From positions 26,128,256 to 26,192,255 of the forward strand of contig JAHRHZ010000267.1 of assembly GCA_024137785.1 (NCBI GenBank): a DNA stretch of 64,000 nucleotides, written 5' to 3'. This DNA comes from Ginglymostoma cirratum. Lineage: Eukaryota. Of the stretch, positions 38,573-52,414 are shown piece by piece (the first letter of the stretch is position 1; each line of letters begins with the position of its first letter). Both the position numbers and the translations under genes were made by a program. The notes below the pieces were generated by a model. The model saw only the letters and a list, made by a program, of their open reading frames with translations, was not told the origin of the DNA and searched no databases.

Positions 38573-40326
38573 TCATGTTCATAGCTGATTGCATTGAAAC
38601 TGTTTGCCACGTAAGCACAAATTCGGCATCTCTCAAAAGATTTCCTAGATTTTGATTTTCCTTTTACATTGATACTATTAACATACGCAAAAGCAATCAC
38701 TTCTTATTTGAGGATTAGGGAATTTATCCAAAGCTCTTATCAATTCCATTTTGTAATAGGAGATACGTGTTCAGTATGGGTTGTATAACTGACCCACCAT
38801 GAATTCTCTTCCTACCTATTCCTCTTACCCCCTCCAAGCTTTACCAGGCAACTGCAGCAGTTGCCCAATAACAGCAAAGTACTTCTGATTTTTTAAAGTT
38901 GAGAATCTAGCTTTCCACCAGTTGTTCAATCAAGATTCCATTAAATTGGAATGGTTGAATGGCAGCCCTTGTCTTGCACCTCCACAAATCATGTACTTAT
39001 GAAGCAAAACAAATAGAATGTGATCATTGATGCAAATAACAGTACAATAGCATAATAGAAACTGATGACTGTAATGCTAAACAATTTTCTAATTGCAGCA
39101 GGATCTGTTTGAACTCTGCATTCTTGCATATGTTGATTCTTTTGGGCAGGACCAAATCTAAGGGCAAAAGTATTGCAAAAAGAACAGGATTCAGCTTTTG
39201 TTTCTTGGGCCGTGCTTTATCAATGTGATTAAGAGCTGTTCACTGATTTCGAGAGAGGTTCTAGGCTTCGTTTGGTGCCCACAAAGTCGTTAGCAACTTC
39301 CCATTCACCTGGGAATTCTTTAGGTTAATTAGAGCTTTTAGCACCTTTTGATAGGTTTCCATAGATGTTGACTCTAACTGATAACACTAACTGCTCCGTG
39401 CAGATAGATGTAAAAATTTGTAGAAGAAAATATATGGAATTTGATCGTTACCTGTACAATTACTAGTTCCATAAGCAGTAAATTCATTCATTATTTAAAA
39501 GCAACATTAATATTTATGCGTCCAGAATGCCATTAATAATAATTCTATTTTTCCTTGAGTTATCACAAAAATGAGAAGTGCATTCTCAATTAAATGTGAT
39601 CAACCTTTTGCTCTGAATTTAACCTGCTAATATTGTGAAACAAAATTCAAAGCAAGGATGCAATATAATTTTTTTTCCAAACTTGTGCATGTACATTATC
39701 TTTAAAATGCTAAGTTTGCAACTTAAACTTTATGGCTATGGGCCAATAATAATGACAGCCAAAAATCCATGGAAGCTAAATTCCAGAGATCAAAATAATA
39801 TTCTGTGTTACAATGTACAGCTTCTATTTCATTAAAAATGGATATTATACCTGAAATTAATACCAGTCATAAAAATCTTTCAATGTATCAAATGTGTTTT
39901 GGCTTAATGTGCTATTTTCAGTATAATGCATATAACAGATTGTCTTAGCATCTGCATGTGCATGAAACCAATTTTGTACACTGCACATGTAGTACTACAG
40001 TGACTAGTCTTGCAGTGAGAGAATATATAAGCCATTGTTTATTGCTGGAAATAAAGCAACTCCTGTAAAAATATCGCCATGAAATGCATCTACATTTATG
40101 CACCCACCTCACAGAAACCCTATAAAAATGTAATAACACAGAAGAAATTAATTTGGTCCATCATGTCTGTGCTAGTCGACAAAGAGGTACTAAACCTAAT
40201 CCAAGATTCCTGCACTCAGTCTGCAACTCTATCAGAACTGGTTCATCAATTGGAAACCCACATGATTTTTAAGTGGGCTGAGAGTTTCTGTCTCCACCAC
40301 CCTTAGGGTGGCACAGTGGTTAGCAC

Positions 40327-40451
40327 ACACGCACGTTCCGAGGAAGGGTCACCAGACCTGAAATGTTAATGCGAATGATTTTCTCTTCACAGATGCTGCC
40401 AGACCTGTTGAGCTTTTCCAGCAACTTCTGGTTTTTGCTGTTATTGTTGAG
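40327..40451 (+). mobile_element. Second-family Penelope-terminus mini-element inserted in a SINE head
   Basis: ccgagga-agggtc(acca)gacct-gaaatgtt...agatgctgccagacctgttgagcttttccagcaacttc. Perfect 14-bp TSD acagtggttagcac at 40313-40326 and 40452-40465. Confidence 0.75.
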
Positions 40452-40599
40452 ACAGTGGTTAGCACTACTATCTCACAGCGCCAGGGACACACGTTCTTCA
40501 GAGGGTTGCTTTGGACTTGAAGACTTGAATGGCCTACTTCCACAGTTTAGGGATTCTATGATTCTTTCAGACAGTGACCTCTGCCATTCTTTCGGTGAA

Positions 40600-41390
40600 T
40601 AAAAATGCTTCCTTATCTCTCCCTTACTTTAATTAATTTAAATCTTTATACTCTGTTTAAAAAAACCCCTCTGTTAAGGTAAATAGATTTTCCCCATTCA
40701 TTTAGGCCCCTAATGATTTTATACATCTCAATCTCAGTCTCTTCCGTTCCAAACTCAACCCCAGTCTATCCAATTTTTCCACTCCTGGCAATGACCATGC
40801 AAATCTCTTTTGTATTTTCTCTCATACATCAATCTTCCTTGTAATTTGATCACAGCTGTATGCAGACGTTAAGCTGTGGTCTAACAAGTTCTTTTAATAC
40901 AGTTTTGTAACTCCTCTGCTATGGCTTGGCTAATAAAGGAAACTATGCTATATACCATAGCTCCTCAAGGAGCTGTCCTGTTACTTTAACACTCCGTGAT
41001 ATACAATCCACTGTTCCTTCACACTACTCAATAACTTCCCTTTTGTTCTGCATTCTTTTGCCTCGCTGCACGTCCCAAAACACATTATCTCTTTTCTAGA
41101 CTGAAATCTATTTTCAATTTTCTTATTGTTGCAACTGCCATCTAATAGAGTTAACAACTCATCAGCTAAAGAGAAAATCACTGGCTCTCACAGAATTCTC
41201 TATGCTCTCAGAACGCATCTCCGCTTTATAGCACTTATCAACTGATCAGACCATATCTTACTGCAGTCTAAACCATTCCTCCCCGACATCAACCATATGG
41301 CTAATTTTTGTATCAGCTGCAAACTTCTTTATTGAGCCACTATATTCGACATTTATTCACTAATACAAGAAACGGCATGAGGCCCAAGCA
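40600..41390 (-). mobile_element. Old CR1 LINE fragment
   Basis: Minus strand IMCFG..EAKE..KGKLLSSVKEQ and FAADTK-like tttgcagctgatacaaaa. Confidence 0.65.
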
Positions 41391-42389
41391 ATCTTGAAGC
41401 CTGTTTTCATCAACATACTGCTAACAAGCAGAGAACATCATGAAATTCACTAGTTTTCGCAGGAAGGAAAAATGGACCTTTAATCAGTTGGGAATTTGGG
41501 TCTGAAGGGAGGAGTGCAGACAACCATAAGGATCTTGAGAAAGTTGGCAGCAATCTGAGGTTGTCTGACAACACAGGAGTTGAAAAGCAACCAGTGACTC
41601 TACATATATAGCAGCAATTTAACTACATATTAAAAGTGCTAAGGAGACTTTGAGTTCATTAAGATGGAGTGTTGAGTTCCAATATTGATTCAGCTCTCCT
41701 TTAGTGCAACGCATGACCTTGGTAAAGAGGGTGAAGTGTGTTCTAAGTTCAGCTGCCGAGAAGATCGTTCAAATGCTGTTTGGCAATTTAGTTGTCAAAC
41801 TGAGTCTTAGTGATCATTCAGGCAGCTTCCCTACAGAAACCTGTGGAGGCTAATACTTCAATTAATACCCTCCCCATCAGTGGCCTTCGAACAGGAGGAA
41901 GCAGGTTGCTGTTGAGAATTTCAGGGATTATTTAGAGCCATGTTCAGTTTTCAATGTTTAAATTGTTACTTGGCCTTTGATGAAGGCCTTTGAGACACAT
42001 TAGAGACTTTCTGATCATTTTGTCAAGATTTCCCGATATTCTTCCTGGAAATTCTGAGAACCCCTCACCTCAGGAATACTGTGCTACTTTATCTTATCAG
42101 AGAGCTTAAAGAAGTCACCAACAGAAAGCGAATGCTTGATCGCAGCAATTTTGCATAACACCCATGTTTTGGAGGCAGAATGGAATGAGATGAGGGCCAG
42201 TACAACATTATCATCTGCTACAGGAATGAGAGTGGGTTCCTTTCACCATCCCCTTTTGTAGGTACAGGACATTCCTTGCTGCCATCCTACAACATTTTGT
42301 TGTGCATCAGCCACCATATTCCATTCCTTCAGTGGTAGTAGATGAGTGGAAGCTAAATTCATTCACAACAATTAATTCTGAACTGTCTT

Positions 42390-43012
42390 GGTGCCCTGAT
42401 TTAAGGAATGATATTACTTCATTGGAGGCGGTTCAAGGGAGGTTCACGAAGATAACGCCCGGTATGGAGTGATTGTCTTTTTTATTAACCTATTTTTCAA
42501 TTCAACCTGTTCAGATATGTTGTTATACACCTCTGGAGCAGGTGGGACATGAACCCAAGCCTCCTGGTTCAGAGGTAGGGACACTACCACTGCAGCACAA
42601 GACCCCCTCTTGGAGCGGGTGTCTTGTCAGCAAAGGCTAAACAGGTTGGGATTCTACTCACTGAAGTTTAAAAGAGGGGTAATCTCATTGAAAAATATCA
42701 GATTCTTAAGGGGCTTTACACGGTTAATGCAGAGAGGATGTTTCCACTTGCGGGATAGCCTAGTTTCAGAATAAAAGGGCACCAACTTAAGACAGCAATG
42801 AAGAGGAACCTCTTCTGGTAGTTGAGTGTCTTTGGAACTCCTTGCCACAAAGAGCTATGGGGAAGAGTCAGTATGTATATTTAAAGCTGAAATAGAATCA
42901 AGGAAAACACAGGAATGTAGTTGTAAGGAATGTCAGATCAGCCATGATCCTACTGAATGGTGGAGTGGACTTGGGTGGCCCAATGGCCTACTCCCGTTCC
43001 CATTCCTTACGG
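42390..43012 (+). mobile_element. CR1 3' fragment interrupted by a short tRNA-SINE
   Basis: LEAVQGRFT...RLNRLGFYSLKFKRGVISLK-type sequence followed by a CR1 3'UTR. Confidence 0.75.
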
Positions 43013-43080
43013 GCTTCAGGACTGGCAAGAGTCTGTTACAATGTCTCCAGGTCTGTTTAAATCATGATAATCATCAATTA

Positions 43081-43297
43081 CAGGTAATTCTCCTTTAATG
43101 CAATAGTTGCATTCTTGTGTGACCTCATGCTATAGAAAATCGCACTATTGAAAATTGCGTTATAGGGAAATAGCTGTTGAAAATTGCTATACCTGTACAG
43201 CAGAAAGTTTGCGCTATCCAAACTGTGTCCACTATTCATTCAATTGCATTACAGCCAATTTGCATTAGCGAAACGCGCATTATAGCAGAACTACCTG
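43081..43297. mobile_element. Tc1/mariner-pogo (Tigger-like) MITE
   Basis: TIRs caggtaattctcctttaatgc and (reverse complement) caggtagttctgctataatgc, 18/21 identical, flanked by TA on both sides. Confidence 0.85.
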
Positions 43298-45502
43298 TAG
43301 TCCCAAATTGGAGGCTAGCACCGGACTATCGATCAGGTGTAACTTATTAGCACAGCACCCACTCCGTGCCTGTTTTCATCCTTACAACATAACCCCTTTG
43401 TCAATTTAAAAGGAAATTAAAGTATGTGCACCTGTAAAGAAAAAAATGTTAGGCCAACACATTGATTACACACTTTTTCTCAAATATTCTGATCAAAATC
43501 TTTCCTTTCCTTTTCCTTTCCTAATATATGTACTAATATATTTCTCTTGTAGCCCTGACCTTACAATTCATTGTGGATTGGATGCTGTTGGAGCTTGAGT
43601 ATTGCCTTATTTTTAAACAAAAGTTGAACCTTTCACCCAACAAAGATTTGTTTGTCTAATTTCTTCTCGGGATCTGTTCAGTTGCATTGTCCATGATGTG
43701 TGTGGCTATATGTGTATTTGCTCTCATGCATTTATTACCTCACCAGTTTTTCTGATGGTATAAAATATCTGTCCTCCAATTTTGTCATTTCTGAAGCAGG
43801 AAAGCATAACTTTATTCTCTCACCACAAAAACTGATGGTATAAATCATTTTGAAGTTGAGGTGGACAAGTACTTGAGAGTAAAGAACCTAAAGTAAAAAA
43901 GCAAGAATGGAAAACCAGGCATGGCTGCTTTTTAAAGAACCATTGTAAACAAAGACAAACTGAATGGCTTTCTTCTGTACTGTAAATTTTTATGATTTAT
44001 TGATGCTGACTGAGCTGTTGCGACGCCAACACTTTCTGATTTTTTTTTGGTCTTGTATGAATTCATTTGAGTTGAGATTTCTGAGAGGTGGTTTCCTAAT
44101 TCCAGGGGTATGAACTAATCCATAACTCCTGTTCTTAGAGTTCTTATTCAGGGTTAACCGTGCAGAAACCTTCCCCCATTAAAATCTCGCCTTTCACTTT
44201 GTTTTACAACAAACAGAACACTGCGTGAGTAATGAAAATTGTGCACATCTAAAGTTTCCTAAGAGGGATTTGCTCTCCCTACTTCCATCCCCTCCCCACT
44301 AACATAGGCACACTTGAGGTTTGTTTTCAGGTTTGCTGCAATTGCTGCTACTCTCTGCAGATTTCCCACTTCCCACTGATGAGGGATTATCAGAAAGTAA
44401 CCTGAGGTATTGTGAAAGCAGTTTCTATCCCAATGCACCATTAGTTTGCCTATTGGCTTGTGATCAATTTTCCGAGCAAGTTTTTTTTAAACATTTGTGC
44501 GACAGGAACAATGTAGCACACTGAGACGAGTAAAAACAGAATAAATGTGAGGTACTCAGGGCTCCTATTCCAGATGAGTGGGGGTTTCCACAAAGCACAT
44601 CGACTCCTGTTTCCTTAGTGTCAACAGTTCATTGACATTACAGCATTGCCTGAAATAGCATGAATGAGGTAAAAGAAATCTGGTTTAGCAGGTTTCCCAA
44701 ACATATTTCAACAGCACTCTGAAGAAGTGAACACTGACAGACTTGCATATAGAATGTACTGTTTTAATCAATGCAACCTTCGAGTACCTCTGTGGTGAAA
44801 CTTGCTTTTTTTCAAATGGTATCAGATACTGGCATCAGAATTAAAAGAGACTTGATTATTACTCCAGCAAAGAAGCTGCAACCCGAAGCTGACCATGCAC
44901 TTAAATGTGCTTCAGGTTATTTTAAATAGTGCATTGTTTGACACAATGTCCTGATTTATCACAACTATGAGAGCAAGGCATTCTCTGCACTGCCAAATAT
45001 GGAGTTCAAAACATTTGTGCTGTAAGTCACCAGGTTGAACTGAAGTATAGTGAGGCAAAGAATGAATATACCTGTTGTGTCAAATTGAGTAAAATGTTTT
45101 TCTTGTATAGATATCTCTGTCACATTCATAGTGCCTAGTCAAGAAACAATGTGTAATGCTGCCAGTGTTGTAGGTTCATCGCTTTTTACATTGTGGAGAG
45201 TTTTCACTGCGTTGCACAGCAGGTCAAAACAAAAGCATAACAGAGACATTTAAAGATAGTTATCAGAACTTTGGTTTTCTGGCTTTTGAACTTCCCTAAT
45301 GTTTTGGAAGAAGTTTACATGAAAGGCAGCAGAGACATACGCAGGGCCACTTGATCGCTTGAGCCTTCCACAGTGACCTCCTTGCTCAGTGCTGCCCAGA
45401 AGAGCTGTTTAATTTTACCACAGTTTCAGTTCGAAGGAGAGAGGACAACATTTTGAGGATGCAGTTGTTGTAATTTATGAGTAGGGAGGTGCTTGTACCT
45501 AC

Positions 45503-46560
45503 AGTCATAGAGTCATACAGCGTAGAAACAGACCCTTTGGTCCAACCAGTCCATGCCGAACATAATCCCAAACTAAACTAGTTCCGCCTGCCTGCTCCAG
45601 GCCCATATTTCTCCAAACTTTTCCTATTCATGTATCCATCCAAATATCTTTTAAACACTGTAATTGGACTCACATCCACCACTTCATCAGGAAGTTCACT
45701 CCACATGTGAACCACCCTCTGTATATAAAAATTGCCTCTTACGTCTTTTTTAAATCTCTCTCCTCTCACCTTAAAATGTGTCCCCTATTCTTGAAATCCC
45801 CCATCTTGGAGAAAGACAACTACTGTCAATTCTATCTATATCTCTCATTATTTTATAAAGTTCCATCAAGTCACCTCTTAATCTCCTACGCTCCAGTGAA
45901 AGATGTCTGAGCCTATCCAGCCTTTCCCTATGACTCAAACCCTCCATACCTGGCAACATCCTGGTAAATCTCTTCTGAACCCTCTCCAGCTTGATAATAT
46001 CCTCCCTATAACTGGGCGACCACAACTGGATATAGTATTCCAAAAGAGGCCTCACCAATGTCCATAAATCCTATCTTTTATAATCACCTCCAACAAGTTA
46101 CCTACAACTGAAGTCAGACTCACAGGTCTACAGTTCCCTGGTTTCTCCTTATAACCTTTCTTAAACAAAGATACAACATTAGCCACTTTCCAGTCATCAG
46201 GCATCTCACCCTTAGTTATAGAAGATGCAAATAATTCTGCAAGTGGTCTTGTAATTTCCTCCATTACTTCCCACAACATACTGCGATACATTTGATTACA
46301 TTTGATTAGGTCCCGAAGATGTATCTATCTTTATATTCTCTAAGACCTCCAGAACTTCCTCTTCTGTAATGTGCACTGTTAAAACATCAAAGTTTATTTC
46401 TCTGCATTCTCTAGACTCCATTTCTTTCTCCACAGTAAAAATTGAGGAAAATATTAATTTCGTATCTCTTCCATATCCTGGGGTTCAACACAAAGATGAC
46501 CTCTTTGATCTTTAAGAGGCCCAACCGTCTCTCCAGTTACCCTAAATACTAACTCTAGAT
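45503..46560 (-). mobile_element. CR1 LINE with an internal deletion of the RT core
   Basis: DWKVANVVSLFKKG.KEKPGNCRPVSLTSVVGNLLE joins directly to LVRPLLEYYIQLWSP...GDLMELYKIMR; ctatgact tail. Confidence 0.9.
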
Positions 46561-49500
46561 GTTGTAAAGAGTGTGAAGCAGCTCTCTATATAATTATGAA
46601 GCAAGAGAAAGCAGCACAGCCAGTCTTTCAAAGTCTGCCTAAAGTTAGGGCCCAGGGTGTGGTCCAGATCTCTAGAAGAGGAAAGTGGACACTGGGGCTG
46701 ATGGAGAGTAGCTACCCCTCTCTGCTGGTGACTCTTCGGCCTCACCTCACCTCACTTCTACCTCGCTGCTGCTGCCTGGAACAGGTGCAGCAGCTGTCCC
46801 TGGCCATTTTCCATCATGGATAATCATTCCTTTATTTAGAAGGCTATAACCAAAGTAGGGATAAGAGCATCGGAATGTAAAATGACAATAGAGTGACCAA
46901 CTGGATTGAGAAACTGTCTCTTTCATCCTAATGGGCTGATGAATGATTTACTTGCGAACCTGCAGTAAATGACCTACTTCTCTCAATTGCACAATATTGA
47001 GTACTGCAACATATTTTCTATGAGTATCATTAAACTATTATAATTAGTACATACACTCATGGCAATGTCCCTGCACTATTTGCATTTTGTGGACATAGTG
47101 TCTGTCATTTACACAATCTGCCATTCCAAATTTGCCAAGGTGTCTTTAACAGCATCTCTAAAACCCTTGACCTCTATCACCTAGAAGGACAAGGACTGCA
47201 GGGTATTGGAACACCACCAGTAAACTCCCCTCCATGTCACACACCAGCTGACTTGCCTCATCGCTGATGGCTCAAAATTTTGGAATTCCCCACCTACTAG
47301 TACTGTGGAAGTACATTTGACCATGTAGATTTGAACAGTTTAAGGAGGTAATTCACCACCACCTTCCAAAGGACAACTGTTAATGGACAACAATCACTGG
47401 TCTTGCCAGCAACCTTCATATCTCATGAATGGATAAAGGAATTCACAAAAAAGATTGGGTGGATGAGATTGCAGTTTGAAGTGGCCTGGACCTAAGGTAA
47501 GCATGGAACAGTTCAAAAATGGGAGTGGGGCTGGCAAGTTGCATTAGGTGCCAGGTGAAAGATCTGATGGATAAGTTATTAAAAGCAGCCACCTCTTTTA
47601 ATGCTTCTTGATTAGATGTACAGATTGAACGCTGTCAGGTAAACATGGAAAATTTCTTGTTTTGTTTTTCTAGTCTGATTGATGATAATCGTGAGGTCAG
47701 TACTCCACATGACTAATAACCAGAAAAGACAATGAAACTTGACAATTTTATTATGAACATGTGTGTATAAATGAATGATCATCATGCACTTAAGATTATG
47801 GCAAAGCTGTTGACCTCAATATAGCATTGGAGGCAATCATTTTGTTAACAAAAGGAGTTTAGATTGTCGTGCTGCAACTCCTACAACCAATAGGATACAA
47901 TGTAGAGTATTGCAACTAAAAGAAGAATTGCCAATGTAAGAACAGAAGTTCCAATTGGAGAAGTCAATGTAAAATTTACATGCTCTCTTTGTGTGTGTAC
48001 TTGTGCAAATGTTAAGAATTTTTATTAATATTATTGAATTCTCAAATCAAAATTTCTAACCTGCAGAATAATGTATTATACAATTACTTTCTCTTAAATC
48101 CTCTCTGCCACTTTTTGAGTTGATTTCATAATTTTCCGCTCGATTTCTAAACACGTAAAATGGATATTGTATTTCTTCCTGAACCTGATTTTACGTACAA
48201 TTTTGGATTGTCTTTATTGGCCATGATACAAGGTTTAAATAACTTGCTGCGGGATCTGCTATGTCAGTCATGCTGATTGGTATTTGATTGGTGTGTATAT
48301 GGGTGGTTTTATTTATCTAGCATTGTACTTGATGCGAAAGAGCAAGCTAGGACATGTGGAGACTTTGAGGACTGATGCAGTCAAAGGATTAGGAACTGTG
48401 CTTTAATGCTAATGAAAACACTCCAATACAAAACGGTGAAGTTTCAAATATGCTTTGTGGATAATCTTGGTTGATGACTTTTGGTTTCTATAACAATGAG
48501 AAGAATGTCATCTTGTCATGACTGTTGAAAGATTATTGACCTAACTTTAAATAAAGATATTTTCTGTTCTACAGCTATTGGGTATCTTCTTGTTTGTCAT
48601 AATATTGGTTGGGGTATTGATAGAAAGCAAAACATTAAATAAAGCTTATCTTGAAACATCCATTTTCTTGGCAGGTCATTGTGTGTGCTCTGAACATTTA
48701 AAAAAACCAGAAACCTAGCTAAAGGGTCAAGGCTAATAGTCCCAGAAATCAGCATAGTTGAAAACACATCCAACATATCAAAAGTGGTTAGGTAGTCCTT
48801 TTTCTGAAGAAAAACATGAGAATGTAGGGGTAAAAAAATACTGAATGAGCAGGGAGCAAAATATCTTGAGGTTCTCAGGAGTAAGAGACATTGTGATGAG
48901 TTTACACAGTAAGGAGACAAGAGGAAGGCTGCAAAGGAGGACTTATTTAAAGATTAGAAGGAATAATAGAACATGTTCACAATTTAGGCTCATATGGCTA
49001 AGTAGGTCACTCAAAACAGAAAAATTCTGGAACATCACACTAATGCTATTTCTTCCAAAAACAGATTGATCAAATGGCATTGTTTTCTAAAAAAAATACG
49101 TATCACTAATAATATTATTGCAACTAAGCCCTAAAGTTGTTGAATGAAATTAATGGAAGGTTAGATCAAATAAACTAAAATAACAAGGAAAGTAATTTCA
49201 GACAATATGGTGAGTATTTACTTTAAAGGGATCAATAGTCATTAGTGTTAAATTATAAGGCAGATTTTGGTACAGCCTCAGCAACAACAATGCTATTTCA
49301 AATGGCAGGGTAATTCTGGGATTCCAACTTGCATTCCTGGTCCCTCTAAGTTTTTTGCTATGGCAGATTAAGGGTGCTACACGTTGCGTTCCTCACCTGG
49401 TTGTCTCTATTATGGGGTGGTAATCTTCTCATTCCCTACAATTTTCATTGATCAGGCCAGCTTCTGGATGACTCATGGTCTGTGGTAATCAGGAGTCATG

Positions 49501-52238
49501 AGCCATAGTTTGGATTCAGGAATTTTTTAAATAGGTAAGTTGAAAAGATCATACTCAAGTGCTCCAGCCAATCCCCATGGCTGTTCATACACTCTGTGCA
49601 ACTCAATGTAACCTCATGCCTCCAGTCACTCACAATAGCTCCTCATTTTCTCTTATGCCAATTCATGCCCCTTTCCATGTCCAATAAGTACATAACTAAT
49701 GATCCACTTAATATGAATGGCAAATGTGGAACTTCTGAGAAAGAAGCACCGTGTAAAGAATGTCCTTGTAAAGTAAAAGCTGAGAGATGGTACCATTCAA
49801 TTATACAGTCTCCTGGCTTCACAAAAGTGCAGGGCTCAAAAGAAATAACTTGGAATCCACTGACATACATCAATGGGGAAGCTTCTGCTTGCTGGTCATG
49901 CCCAGAATATGGGAAGTTGCTAAAGTGTATCCACCCTGCAGCACTTGGTCTATGAGAAAAATTGAATGGAGCGATGAATCCTGAGGAGAAGTCCTACTCG
50001 CTGATTCCAAAACTGATGTTACCATTCGGTGTCACCACAGAGGATCGTTATGATCCATTTTCAAGCAGCAAGCTGGCAGGCGCAGTAGTGGTGACATCTG
50101 TTTTGCATTCTGAACAAGTTATGTTTCAGGAAAGAGTGATGGTGCTCCTCAAGCAGACTTCAGTTTGAAGAGTACATTGTTTGAGCACAGTTTTATGATT
50201 GCTTCGAGATAGTTGTTGCACAATGTAGATAGGAATAAAAGGATAACATGATGAGTAACTCGCATTGTCAACTCTGGTCATCTTGCAGTGTTCTGAAATC
50301 CTGGTAGTGAGTGAGTTGGCATCCAGCGCTAAGACCACCTCCATCTATACATCATGACTCTGGCCACTTAACCAGGGGTTGGTCTCTGCTCACTCCAATC
50401 TCCTGCAGGTTGAACTCCCTATGAGAACTTCATTGTGAAAATCCAATGAACAGTACAGAAGCTATTCTTGTGTGAATGGATAAATTAAAATGCTATAGAA
50501 ACACTGTAATCAGAATTAATATAGATTTTAAAATGAAAGAGAGAAGCGAGAACTTATGCTTTCCCCAATTTCAAGTCTAGTGCAGAAGAATGGTGTATGG
50601 AAATGAAACTTTTCATATGCTTTTGTTGGTTGCGCTTGTGTTCCACACCGATATCTATATTTCAGTTTCAGCAAATCAGCTCTTCAGAAAACTGGAGTGC
50701 AACTTTTTGTCATAGCAATTGATAAATACTGTGGCATAAACAAAGATGTGTTTACAGCATACATTAGATCCAGTAAATGTCAGGCCATTGTGTACTGTTG
50801 TCACAGTGACAGTCCTGTGTGCATCATGCATTTCTGTCTCAATGATGATCTTGTTCAAATCATATACTTTTGTCTCCCTTCTGTAGACAATGCATACTCT
50901 CCCTATGTGGAAAATCTGTCAACTTCCTCTCCTCATCACCCTAACCCCAACATGAGCAGTAATTTGTAATTCTGTGATGTGCTTTACATCAATCCACAAA
51001 GACATGCCCCTCCCCTGTTTCATTCAATGCGTAATGTGAAGGAACTTTAATAGCGTTCAACTAGCTTCCACAAAAATGGTGGGCTGAATCTTGGTTTTAA
51101 TTGGCTAATTGCGCGTTGATTTACATTTTTTGGAAGATTTGCATTTGAGACCTCGTGAGACTTCTTCCCAAACTTTCCTCATCAACATACTATAAGTGGA
51201 GAGGAGACAATGCAGTTTCTAGGAACTCTGAAGAAACATGTCAGATGACAATATCAACAAATGGTAGGTGTATGTGGTTGGAGTCGAATGAATAAGCCCT
51301 GACTGGCTGGACACTAGGCATCAACATGGAAGTGGTTTGAAGTAGACGGCAAGCTGAAATTGGCTTTGACTGCCATGTTGAGAGTTCTCGATGTCTCGCT
51401 TGTTTGACACGTTTGGTCAGATATGAACCTGAATTTTAATGAAGTAAGTTGAGCCAAGGTGTTTAACAAACTTTAAATTCCTTTAACAGGCTGTGTGTTG
51501 CTGCTTGCCTCGCTGTTTGGCAACTGCATAAAAGGTGCAACGAGATGTTTCTGATGTTGATAGGCCTTGCTGGAATTTTCACTTGATTCTGCCACGAACC
51601 TTGCCACAGCCCACATTGCTGAGACCTCTAAGATTCCATCCGAAGTAATCTTTTTAGAAATCTATACAGTTCAACATGAAAACTTGCTTGCTGGTGATAA
51701 ATCTGATGAGTGGTCACCTTATTTTTTTTTTATTTGGGATTCCGTGGCTGAGTATCTTCTACATAATTGCTAGAACTCTGCTGTAAGCTAGGTTTATTTT
51801 GTCCACGACAACTATTGAGCTTTGTTCAGAGTCCTAGAGGAATTGAATCATATTTCTTCAAAATTGAAGACCCTCAGTAAAAAAGGGGAAATGGAAAGAA
51901 TGCAAGAAAAAGAATCAAGTTTTGAGGCCTTCTAATTCCTCAAATTCTTTAATTTGAAAACTCGCCAGAATCAAGGACCTGGGAGACGCATTGTTAAAAC
52001 CATTACACTGACAATGAATTCAGTTATGAAGGTGTTCCATCTTTAACAGATTGTACAAGCAAATGCTAAGAATTGCCAGAACACCAAAGTATGTAATAGT
52101 TCAACTGTAGTTGCTTATATTTGTAGAAGTTGAACACAGTATAATGCTCAGTCCTGTAATGTGCTAGACTTGATCCATTTCTATGGTCACATCCTTAAAC
52201 AGTGAATTGTTCAATACGATCTATTACATCAACTGTAT

Positions 52239-52357
52239 TGCATCACATTAACTTTAATTTCTCTTCAAAGATGCTGCCAGACCTGCTGAGCTTTTCAAGC
52301 AACTTCCGGTTGTGTTTCTGATTTACAGCATCTGCAGTTCTTTCAGTTTTTATTTAG
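52239..52357 (+). mobile_element. Second-family mini-element (hammerhead part truncated), close to the exon 3 donor
   Basis: gatgctgccagacctgctgagcttttcaagcaacttcc...cagcatctgcagttct, similar to 40327-40451. Probable TSD catcaact(g/a)tat at 52227-52238 and 52358-52369. Confidence 0.7.
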
Positions 52358-52414
52358 CATCAACTATATGATTGTTTTAATGGCTTAAAGCAATATCCAA
52401 GGAAAACAGCATAC

